Origin: Cyanidioschyzon merolae
Taxonomy: Eukaryota
Length of the DNA stretch: 64,000 nucleotides
Direction: 5' to 3' (one strand)
Assembly: GCA_000091205.1 (NCBI GenBank)
Contig: AP006497.2
Position numbers and translations under genes: made by a program. This document shows, in pieces, positions 55,315 through 64,000 of this stretch (within the stretch, counting starts at the first letter, position 1; each line of letters starts with the position of its first letter). The notes beneath the pieces are model-generated. The model did not search any database, was not told the origin of the DNA, and was given only the letters and a program-made list of their open reading frames with translations.

Positions 55315-56427
55315 TCATCCATGCTGGGTTTGGTCGTAGCCGGCTCCCTGGACAAGTTTCTCGACCGCGGCGGCCGCCTTGGGGTCCATGCCGGACTCCG
55401 AGTCGTCAATCATGCTTGCAGCCAAGCGGAAAATTCCGACCAGAGCTGCCAGCTGAATGCGCTCTGAGGTTGCGCTTACGAGACGCCATTCCATGTTGGC
55501 TAGCTGCTCAAACAAAAACGCCTTCACCTTTGGGCTGAGCTCCATGAGCATAACGGCCTCATGGAGGCCGTGGATCATGTCGAGCAGGGCAAAGCCCTTA
55601 CCTTTCTTGATTTCGCTTATTTTGCAAAAGGCTTGTGCGAAAGGATCGTAGAGCAGTATCTGGGCGATCGCATGCAGATCAGCGGGGCTGGGCATGCCAG
55701 CATTCGCATAGACTCCATCTTCTGTGACTCGAGCGGAGGCAGATGCGAGGAATGTGCTTTGCATGAGGTAAATGGCCCGTCGCATGTCGCCTTGTGCGAT
55801 GCGGGCTAGCGCATCGAAAGCGGCCCGATCTACTGGGACGCCTTCGCGATCGGCAATGTACTCAAGACGCTGGATCATCTGCGCAACTGGTACCGGTTGG
55901 AAGCGGAATCGGGTACATCGCGACTGGATGGCGGGAATAATCTTGTTGGCGTAGTTGCAAATCAGGCAGAACCGAATGTTGCTCGTGTACTTTTCCATGA
56001 TCCGGCGTAGCGCTGCTTGGGCCGCGGAGGTCATCGCATCCGCTTCATCAAGGATAACCAGCTTTATCCCGGCCTTCAACGCGTAAATGTGTCGAGTCGA
56101 GGCAAAGGTTTTGATTTGCTCGCGGACGACGTCGATTCCCCGGTCGTCTGAAGCGTTGAGTTCGAGTACCATTGTCTTGAACTGAGCCCCGAACATTTCT
56201 CGTGCACAAGCGAGGATTGCTGTCGTTTTGCCTGTTCCCGGTGGCCCGTAAAAGAGCAAGTGGGGCAAGGTGCGTTCCGCTATCAACCTGCGGAGCGTTC
56301 CGCGGATTTCATCGTGGGCAACGATCTCGTCAAGCTCGCGAGGCCTGTACTTTTCGACCCAGATTGTCTCCGACTGCTCGCTCTGTGTCGCTGTCAGTCG
56401 ACCGTTTGAAGACATTCCGATTCGCAA
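55315..56427 (-). CDS. RFC: Replication factor C small subunit (RFC2-5 family clamp-loader AAA+ ATPase).
   Basis: The translation reads WVEKYRPRELDEIV, then Walker A LLFYGPPGTGKTT, then the DEAD-like LILDEADAMT, sensor TRFCLICNYANKI, and the SRC motif region QSRCTRFRF. The 370-aa length is typical. Confidence 0.9.
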   Translation of the reverse strand: MRIGMSSNGRLTATQSEQSETIWVEKYRPRELDEIVAHDEIRGTLRRLIAERTLPHLLFYGPPGTGKTTAILACAREMFGAQFKTMVLELNASDDRGIDVVREQIKTFASTRHIYALKAGIKLVILDEADAMTSAAQAALRRIMEKYTSNIRFCLICNYANKIIPAIQSRCTRFRFQPVPVAQMIQRLEYIADREGVPVDRAAFDALARIAQGDMRRAIYLMQSTFLASASARVTEDGVYANAGMPSPADLHAIAQILLYDPFAQAFCKISEIKKGKGFALLDMIHGLHEAVMLMELSPKVKAFLFEQLANMEWRLVSATSERIQLAALVGIFRLAASMIDDSESGMDPKAAAAVEKLVQGAGYDQTQHG

Positions 56428-57403
56428 AGCGCGGGTCGTGTTCCGGACGCCCAGGAATGCCGTCCCGAGTTCACTTTGACAGCAGCGACGCTCGACAAAG
56501 CTGCTTTTCCTGGTTTACGGAGCAGCCTACAGCGGAATCGTACCCAGCGTAGCGACAGCGCAGCGTCAAGCGACACTGTTTCGCGGGTAGCGTTATCGCC
56601 GCGCGCTCTGCAGCGGGTGTACGCACAGGCCTCGACTCGACGACCGCAGACAGCGGCACACTACGAGGCCGCTATCTCTGCGTCCGAGGACAGCAGTGGT
56701 CATCCAGCGCCATGACTCCGTGTTTGTCCTGGGACTGGGGTGGACTCGAAAGTCGCAGAATCCCTTGATCCGTCGAGCGTCTATGCCCCCGACCACAAGG
56801 TCGGTCTGGAGCTGCTGGAGCGCACATATGTCTGCGCAGGCAGGCGCTAACACCTGTTTCCTGGACTGTGTAGTCTCTTGGTACTCGGGTGCCTCGCTGA
56901 ATCAATGTAGAGCCATTTAGTTTACACCATGAAAGAAAAGTGACGCTGAGTGCTCCAATGTCTGAAAAGGAAACGTATAAACTTGTGTGGAAATGTCGTT
57001 GGCGTGCATCCAGCGAGGCTTACGCGCTCAATGGGAAACAGAACTGTTGGCGTGCTTGCCATCGAAGGATGCCGTACGCCTGCATGCAAACTGACCTCTG
57101 TGGAGATGCTCGCCAGTTAGCACTCGGGGGATGCATCGTACACACCTAGCTTGTCGTCCGTTCGAGCTGCGTCTGTGGTCGACGAAATCACGACATGCTA
57201 GAGAGCGCCAGCACACACGGGTCACGACTTGAACACCGCAGCGCTGGGGGCGCGTACGCCCGTCGTGCGCAAGCGCCGTCAGTATCGACTGCTGCAGGTT
57301 GCGGTTAGCTGCTCGCCACAACAGTACGGGAGTTAGATAGCGTTTGACTCTTGAACGGTGTCGGTGGTAATGATGGAGTGCCCTGCGCGGGATCTGTGTT
57401 GCG

Positions 57404-58531
57404 TTGACCATGCTTAGTGACTGCAGCGCTTTTGTGGTCGTTCCAAGGTTCTGCTACCGGTTGCACGTGGGCGCGTCGCCGCCCGGAGCGTTGCAGTCGT
57501 CACGACGGCGAGTGGCTAGGTTACGGGAGCGCTCTGCTGGCACGCTTCCCTGGGCACGTGCAACATTCTGCAAGGCTGGGTGTCGTATTGGCAGCAGCAG
57601 TTGCAGCGTGTTGCTTCGCTGGAAGTCGTGCTTTCTTGCCGGTGAGGAGCGTTCGCACCTCCGCCAGCTCGGAAGCTTGGTACAACAACCGGGCGCTCTC
57701 CGTCAGCACGTAAGTATGAGCTTGTTCTCAACGCCTGCTCAAGTCAGTTCTTATGAAATAATTGAGTCATATCCACACGACCCGAGTGCGTTCACGCAAG
57801 GCCTCGTCTACGCTGAGGCGCCGATTCATTCCCCAGACGAGGCCGAGTGGACGATGTTGCAAACCTCGACTGAGGTCTTTTACGAGTCCACCGGTCTTGT
57901 GGGGGAATCTTCACTGCGCTGCGTTCACAAGTTATCAGGGAAAGTCCTAAAATGTGTGCAGGTCCCGGCACCGCATTTCGCTGAGGGCCTCGCGCTCGTT
58001 CCACGACCCACTCGGATGCTGTTCCAGCTCACGTGGCTGACCCGCACAGCCTTCCTCTACGACGGTGTATCGCTGAAACAGGTGCGGGAAATACCGTACG
58101 ATCTCGAAGGCTGGGGAGCAACCTATGATTCCAATCGCCATTGCATCTACACGAGTAATGGAACCGACCGAATCCATATCGTGGACGCAGACACCTTCGA
58201 GATCCTGGACCAAGTTCGGGTCCGTTCGAGTCCGTACAAGTTCTCGCGCTCTTGCCCGACATTGTGGTACCTGAACGATCTCGAAATGATTCCCGATACT
58301 GACGAGCTCTGGTGCAACGTTTTCTTCAGTGACTATGTTGCGGTTGTGGATCCAGCGTCATGGGAACTGAAACGATGGATTGACCTGCGCGGTTTACTCT
58401 TACCCGAGCATTGCCTGCCTTGCCATGAAGTGGATGTCTTGAATGGACTGGCCTGGGACAGAAATCGGCAACTGATGTACGTGACCGGGAAACGCTGGCC
58501 GCGAATGTATGCCATTCGAGAACGCCCATAG
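57404..58531 (+). CDS. Glutaminyl-peptide cyclotransferase of the plant/bacterial beta-propeller type. The conserved domain begins near aa 110. The internal Met at 57716 is a possible true start.
   Basis: Plant-type QC motifs are YEIIESYPHDPSAFTQGLVY, then LNGLAWDRNRQLMYVTGKRWPRMYAI at the C-terminus. Predicted beta-propeller repeats are dispersed through the sequence. Confidence 0.7.
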   Translation: MTMLSDCSAFVVVPRFCYRLHVGASPPGALQSSRRRVARLRERSAGTLPWARATFCKAGCRIGSSSCSVLLRWKSCFLAGEERSHLRQLGSLVQQPGALRQHVSMSLFSTPAQVSSYEIIESYPHDPSAFTQGLVYAEAPIHSPDEAEWTMLQTSTEVFYESTGLVGESSLRCVHKLSGKVLKCVQVPAPHFAEGLALVPRPTRMLFQLTWLTRTAFLYDGVSLKQVREIPYDLEGWGATYDSNRHCIYTSNGTDRIHIVDADTFEILDQVRVRSSPYKFSRSCPTLWYLNDLEMIPDTDELWCNVFFSDYVAVVDPASWELKRWIDLRGLLLPEHCLPCHEVDVLNGLAWDRNRQLMYVTGKRWPRMYAIRERP

Positions 58532-59954
58532 CCAGCAGCGTGATATAGGCTCTAGCGCCCACCAGGTCGGAACCGGCAGTAACTAGAATCCCCAGTACCT
58601 CTCTGGTGCTGAAGAGCGATAATCCGATTCCGGTACCGGGGGCGATCAGAGCGCAGCATTTGCTGCTGCCCGAGTCGAGGATCTCCTGCAGCAGCGCATG
58701 CGGCACCAAACCTGTTCACAGCGAAATGCATGCAGTATTTATGGGAAGGTAACCCCGCGCTCCGATTCCATCGGATATCACGAATTACTGCAAGCTATGG
58801 TGAAAACAGCTTGCGGTAAGGGAACGTCACGTACGGCGTTTGAATATCGGCATGATGTACAGGCTGAGTCATCGCATGGTGCACCAGGCGTGCTTTTTTC
58901 CGCACTGGTCGTGACGTCATTCATTGGCGCCGTGTGCATGGCAATGCATGCGTACACACAGGCGCGCATTTTCTATATACATAGACTCGAATGCGACACA
59001 TGCGTTCACTACTGATCGCTGTATACAGCGAGCACCAGCAGCAGCACTGGACTTGAGAGCGCCTAAAAAGAATAGAGACTAATCGCTAACTAGCTGCAAC
59101 TGTGCCGGAAGTACAAATACTAACAATTAAGTAGCTACTCGATAACAATTCCGTGCCACCTTCACGGTAAGCTTTGAAAAGGGAGCATTATCCCGTAATT
59201 TCGAAAGTTTACCTCATAGGCGGAGAGTCCCACCAGCCGGACGAATATGTCGGACCTGCGCTCCCTGCTGCTCCCAGACCCGAGTGCTGTGGCAAGACCT
59301 GTACAGATCGTCCATCACGCATTTCATTCACGGACTAGGAATGGGTAGGTTGCATCCAAGTGTCGCCCTGGTCGCTGTCGGCTTGTGGTATAGCGCTTCG
59401 CGTTGCCGCTGGCAGTAGGTCTGTCTGAGTAGCTTGCATGCACCCAGCATGATTATGGATCCCGATCCCGCACCATGCAAACTACACCTCCAGCCGATGC
59501 CCTCATCGATACCGTAAAGCGGTTCTGTCGCCCTAACGCATCTTCCCCAGCGGTATACGCGCTATTGCAGGTGCAGCAAGGCAGGCACTCGGCGCACGCT
59601 AGAACCTACGGAACGACAAGCGTATCCGAAAGGAACTCGCCGAAATGGAACGTGAATGCATGATGCATCATGATGGACGAGTTTCCGATTACCAATATCC
59701 ATCCCACAAACTGACATCCATGTACAAGTAAACGTTCTGACGAATGAGAAACATAGTCTTGAAAATGCTCCTCGACGGCGCCTGTGTCCAGATGATTCCC
59801 GCCAGGAGTGCGCAGCGCCGCAGGCGATCGTGATCCATCCTGCCTTGGACCATGGTATTCACTTTCCGCAGGCGGGGTAGTGTGTGCACAGTTTCAGGAG
59901 AGGCTGACGCACGTAGACGTTGTTTAGGGGAACTTTTGGCCGCGTTTAGGCCCT

Positions 59955-61781
59955 ATGTTAAGGTATGACGTCCATAGATTTGATAGGATAGTGATTGCGA
60001 GGACGTCGGTGGCGCCCGCCGGCTTCGTGGAGGCAGTGACGACGCTGCTTCCGTCGCTGACGAGCAGAATCAGCTGCGTTGGAGCGCACGCCACTCTCGC
60101 GGGTAGGGACGCAGTCGGTTCACGCACGTTGGTGAAGCTATGCAGGCGACCGCTTTACGTATCTGCAAAAAGAGTGGATTGCGCGCGGAGCTTGACGCTG
60201 CACCTCCAGGAGTTTTCCGATGCTGAAGCGGAGGAAGTGCGCGGACCTGTTTCAAGAACGAACAAACGCAGTGCAACTGTGGCGAAAACACCTCAGCATG
60301 CAAATGAACGGGCCCTAATCAATCCGGTGGAGACCAGTTCCGCACCCGTAGAGGCCGGAACTGGGAAACGTGCGCTCAAGTCGCTGCAGGCGTTGTCGCT
60401 GTGGGAGTATCTGTGGCCGCGTGGACTTTTAGTGCTCGTTGCGGCCATCTGGGGCACGAATTTTGCAACTGTAAAATTCATCGGGGACGCGGACTCTTTG
60501 GATGTGTCCGCTGGCGCCTTTGTTCGGTTTGGTATTGCGGCAATCGCGATGGCACCGTTCACCTGGAGGGCCGTTCAGCGCCTCCTTGACGACAAAACTC
60601 CGACCTCGGAGCACGGATCGGATGCAAACGCCGCTCCGCAACCTGAGGTAGCGGGAACGGAAGACCCGTCAGCAACTGTAGAGCAGCGTTTACGCAAACG
60701 TACCTCTGAATTTCTGTTCGGTGTACTCGGTCTTGGGACTGTCGTGTTCACCGGCTATTTTACGCAAGCAATTGGTTTACTCGGCACAGATGCCAACAAG
60801 TCAGCATTTCTGTGCTCACTGACCGTCGTCTTGGTTCCGTTCATGGAAAGAACTTTCCTGGGCAAACGCATCGAGCCGCGGGCGTGGATGTCCGCGTTCT
60901 TGGCCACGATTGGTGTAGGGCTCCTTGAGCTCGATGGCTCTGCGTCTGTGTCGCTCAGCGATTTGTGGTCGTTTTTGCAGGCGGTATGCTTCGGTGCAGG
61001 CTTCATGATTGTCGAAAAGCTCACCCGGAGGTTCCCAGGACACCCATTGGAGATTGCCGCCCTGAACCTGACAATCGTAGCGGTTTACAGTGGCCTATGG
61101 TGTCTGAGCGCAGCTTTCGTGTCCGGGACCACCATGCAAGACCTCTTACAAAGTCTGGCACAGATCCTGATAGATCACGGCTCTGGAGTGGCGGGAGCGC
61201 TCCTCTATACTGGTCTGGTTACAACCGCGCTTGCGGTCATGATGCAGACAGTTGCGATTAGCAAAGTCAGCGCCGAGGAAGCGGCGGTCATTTTTTGTTT
61301 GGAGCCCCTCTTTGCGGTAGCGTTCTCAGCAGCACTACTTGGAGAGAGTATGTCCATGAAAGGCGCGTCCGGCGGTGCGCTCATATTGCTTGCGGTACTC
61401 TGCAACCAGGCGCTGAACCCAGAGATGCGCTCGCGGTTAGGTTTGCAGCGATCGCGTACCAGAAATATTCGCGCGATAGAGGGACACACGAGGACCCTTG
61501 CCCCATCGGATCGTACTCCATCGGTAATCGCGCCGATGAAACCGCGAATGGTTTCCCCAGCTACACCAGAGCAGTTCGTGAACGGTACCGCGCCTGAGTC
61601 CGCTTCGTCCAGTAGTACACATCTGGAGAAGCCGCAGCAGCCTCGAACTCGCCCACGCCCGTCAATCTTGCCGAATGAGATCACCTTCATCGCGTCGAAA
61701 GACAAAAATAGTGCGTCTACCGCATCGCAAGCAGAGGACACGCGATCCGACGAGTCGGAAATGGCGAGTGTCCACAGCTAA
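59955..61781 (+). CDS. EamA/DMT (drug/metabolite transporter) family membrane protein with long hydrophilic N- and C-terminal extensions.
   Basis: Two EamA-like repeats of about 140 aa carry roughly 10 predicted TM helices (LVLVAAIWGTNFATVKFIG...; AFLCSLTVVLVPFMER...; ALLYTGLVTTALAVMMQTVAISK...). The first 150 aa and last 150 aa are low-complexity and hydrophilic. Confidence 0.7.
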   Translation: MLRYDVHRFDRIVIARTSVAPAGFVEAVTTLLPSLTSRISCVGAHATLAGRDAVGSRTLVKLCRRPLYVSAKRVDCARSLTLHLQEFSDAEAEEVRGPVSRTNKRSATVAKTPQHANERALINPVETSSAPVEAGTGKRALKSLQALSLWEYLWPRGLLVLVAAIWGTNFATVKFIGDADSLDVSAGAFVRFGIAAIAMAPFTWRAVQRLLDDKTPTSEHGSDANAAPQPEVAGTEDPSATVEQRLRKRTSEFLFGVLGLGTVVFTGYFTQAIGLLGTDANKSAFLCSLTVVLVPFMERTFLGKRIEPRAWMSAFLATIGVGLLELDGSASVSLSDLWSFLQAVCFGAGFMIVEKLTRRFPGHPLEIAALNLTIVAVYSGLWCLSAAFVSGTTMQDLLQSLAQILIDHGSGVAGALLYTGLVTTALAVMMQTVAISKVSAEEAAVIFCLEPLFAVAFSAALLGESMSMKGASGGALILLAVLCNQALNPEMRSRLGLQRSRTRNIRAIEGHTRTLAPSDRTPSVIAPMKPRMVSPATPEQFVNGTAPESASSSSTHLEKPQQPRTRPRPSILPNEITFIASKDKNSASTASQAEDTRSDESEMASVHS

Positions 61782-62129
61782 ACACGGCAGCATGAAATTT
61801 TCGGATTCAACTAAAATGTTCTTTTGTATTCAAGGGGGCAATGCGCTACGCTGTGTCCGATATGTAACCACGGAATGACGGATGATGCTGAATTGCTGCA
61901 TCTGATTGGATGTCACCGGAAAGGCAATTGCTGCTGACGACCACGGAGGATGCGTCGTTTCCTGCAAATACGACGATATTGATGGATGGTATCACAATGG
62001 GATAGCGTTTGGCGAAGCTGGGGACGCAGCGAGTCCTTTCTGATCCCAAGTCGCCGTGAATCCGGCGGTGCGTTCCTCGTAACCCGGTGATATGCTGCTT
62101 GTCGAAGTCTTGCGATTCAATTGGTAATA

Positions 62130-63640
62130 CCTCTGTTGCGTCTGGTAGAATGCTTTTCGGCAGTGCCGAACATGAGATCGAAATCCCCATGAAATATACC
62201 GTATAGATCGCAGACGAATTGCCTGTAGGATGTACGTTCCTTACTGAACAGTGCACAGAGTACTGCATTCCGTATTCAGGTCCGTCGTACCACAGAACTC
62301 AGATGGTTGAGGAACACGGAAAAAAAGAAGGATACGCGTTCCGCGTCAGCAACCGATATTCTAAAAGACTGCTTGCGGTCAATGGTGGTGGACGACCCAT
62401 TGATCACCGTACGAAAAGCAGAAAGCGACGATAGTTGCTATCGCGGGCGTATCTGAATCTCGCCAGCTTGTCGCTGTGCTCCTGAAAACACTGAGATGCG
62501 GTCGTAAAAAAGAATCCTAGTTCATGCACGATCAACTTCTGCTGAAATCGCAACTACGACACAGTCCCTGCAAGGTTACGATCGATATGAAGCACAGGGA
62601 CGTCGGTTCCTTTTTGCAGTCGACGAGACCTGCATCGAACGAAACCGTCGGCGCGTATATGGGTATTCGCAGCTAGGGAGCCCGTTGCGTATACGGATGA
62701 AGTCGAAGAGAACGAGGATATCATCTGTTCGATCTGCAGTGGATATATTTGGCGGCCTCAGACGCTTTCACGGAGAAGGCTCACGCAACGGCACCAACCA
62801 TTATGTCGAATCCTTGAGGACTTTTCCCTTGACGCCCAGCAACGCCCCTCTACTGGACAACGTGGCATTTCACCATTCTCTTTGGCTTCGAGCTTTTGCC
62901 GATTCCCGCGGGGCAGATCAGCTTTTCATTCCTCCGTACGCTCCGTGGCTCAACCGCATCGACGGAGTGTTTTCTATCGTGAAACGTAATGATCACTTTA
63001 CAGAGCGCATTGATGAATCCTTCAGGACACGGTGACACACCAGGGCACAGTACCTCGTTCGTCCACGTGTGCTTCTGCCTCCGGGACGCCCCACTCCCTG
63101 GGTCATATTGAAGTGCTTTCATCAAAGGAAATAGAACATCTATGGGACAGGTATGGACATGGAATTCGGGAATCCTGGAGGCTCGGTCTAGCCGGGTGTC
63201 GGAAGAGAAACGGAAACATCCTCTTCTCGCCAACCAGCAAGCGAAGAAGAGCAAGTCGTGAAGAAGAAGAAGAAGACGAGGAAAAGCGGAGATAGGCGAG
63301 GAAAGTTGGTTGTCCGATGTGACGATGACGGGACTGTAGTGGCGCAGAAGGCGCAAGTTCTAGGAATCCTTGCATTGGTACGTTCCACCAACGGTATTGC
63401 AAGCATGGCGTTCGTAAACAAAGCCTTTAACGCTGCTATCAATATCAGACGATGTGCGGTGCTGAAGACGAGACCCGCGGAGCTTACGCGATCTAAATTT
63501 GTATGGCAGCCGCTAAGGCTCGAAGTGTGCAGGGATAAACCGAAACCGATAGCAGGTGGCAGGTCAAAATACGCTGGGAGGCGTCTACACGTCGGTGTAG
63601 ATACAGACACGCTATCGTCGTGAAGCTTTTCAGGTTTCAT
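62130..63640 (+). mobile_element. Composite element copy: a mariner/Tc1-like transposase pseudogene followed by an internally deleted TnpB/Fanzor-like module. Its architecture matches the 37.2-38.55 kb copy.
   Basis: The left-end nucleotides align with 37215-37440. The HTH fragment is LLAVNGGGRPIDH at 62365. The DDD core in ORF 62685..63035 and upstream reads FAVDETCIERNRRRVYGYS ... PLLDNVAFHHS ... LFIPPYAPWLNRIDGVFSIVKRN, with D-to-D spacing of about 35 aa. The 5' leader TATGGACATGGAATTCGGGAATCCTGGAGG at 63152 is followed by a GAAGAAGAAGAAG tract. ORF 63258..63623 reads MAFVNKAFNAAINIRRCAVLKTRPAELTRSKFVWQPLRLEV...GRRLHV. The terminal GGGAGGCGTCTA lies at 63576-63587. Confidence 0.6.
62380..63035 (+). 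pseudogene. Mariner/Tc1-superfamily DDE(D) transposase pseudogene, frameshifted and short.
   Basis: The catalytic triad context is VDETC (first D), LLDNVAFHHS (second D), and PPYAPWLNRIDGVFSIVKR (third acidic residue, D). The 35-aa spacing is closest to mariner DD34D. An HTH-like segment lies upstream. The reading frame breaks between the HTH and catalytic parts. Confidence 0.55.
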
Positions 63641-64000
63641 CGATAAGGCATGGACATGCTCGTTGGTGGCAGGGAAAACCTCGCGAGACTTGCCGTGCGC
63701 ATGCTGGTGCGATCCGCTACTGCATGCGCCAGCAAGCACTTTATGAGCGCACTCACGGTCATGAGATCACGGAAGACCAGGATCCGCTACGACACGCGCC
63801 AGCAAGCACTTTAGAAGCGCACTCGCGCCCATGACAGGCCGTCATAGATCCGATTTCGACACCACTGGCGAGATTTCACGGGAATCGCCCAACTGGCTCA
63901 GGACTCGATGATCATCGTATCCGTGGATGCGGCACCAGTATCCACCGTGGATGCCGTCGTTGGTGCCGTCTGTGCTCGGAAGCCCATGTACTCTGCGTAC

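Noticed and set aside
1-64000. Prokaryotic IS605-family (tnpA/tnpB) origin for the NAAINI elements, or bacterial contamination
   Set aside because: The surrounding genes are unambiguously eukaryotic (MCM, RFC, CAF1, presequence-bearing mitochondrial enzymes). The module is embedded in a mariner/Tc1-like eukaryotic transposon. No TnpA (Y1 HUH) ORF is adjacent.

Overview
This window reads as nuclear DNA from an intron-poor, moderately GC-rich eukaryote. Every large gene is one uninterrupted ORF, genes sit on both strands, and the gene set includes MCM, RFC and CAF1. Many products have Arg-rich N-terminal presequences. I cannot name the lineage. The strand alternation argues against a kinetoplastid. 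A stramenopile/oomycete-like or similar protist or early-diverging fungus is plausible but unproven.

About 15 housekeeping genes are recognisable:
- glucose-6-phosphate isomerase
- ABCG half-transporter
- bacterial-type MutS (MSH1-like)
- CAF1/POP2 deadenylase
- coproporphyrinogen oxidase
- MCM8/9-like helicase
- 2-amino-3-ketobutyrate CoA ligase
- mitochondrial EF-G
- adrenodoxin-type ferredoxin
- SHMT
- BCAT
- RFC small subunit
- plant-type glutaminyl cyclase
- EamA/DMT transporter
- one orphan secreted coiled-coil protein

The most notable content is a repeat family present in five decayed copies at about 3.2-3.7 kb, 7.4-8.9 kb (minus strand), 37.2-38.55 kb, 51.3-53.6 kb and 62.1-63.65 kb. 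Each copy carries a TnpB/Fanzor-like RuvC-III 'NAAINI' motif followed by a conserved tail of about 150 nt. In three copies this module sits directly downstream of a mariner/Tc1-like HTH+DDD transposase pseudogene. One copy (51.3-53.6 kb) keeps a roughly 2.2 kb TnpB/Fanzor-like coding scaffold broken across eight frames. I read this as a eukaryotic OMEGA/Fanzor-type RNA-guided nuclease element family captured by a mariner-like transposon. All copies seen here look pseudogenised, or possibly intron-containing.

The window also holds several minisatellite-like tandem repeats, a dispersed non-coding repeat of about 300 nt in two copies, and a roughly 7 kb AT-richer stretch (30-37 kb) with no recognisable genes. 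I found no rRNA, CRISPR array or convincing tRNA.
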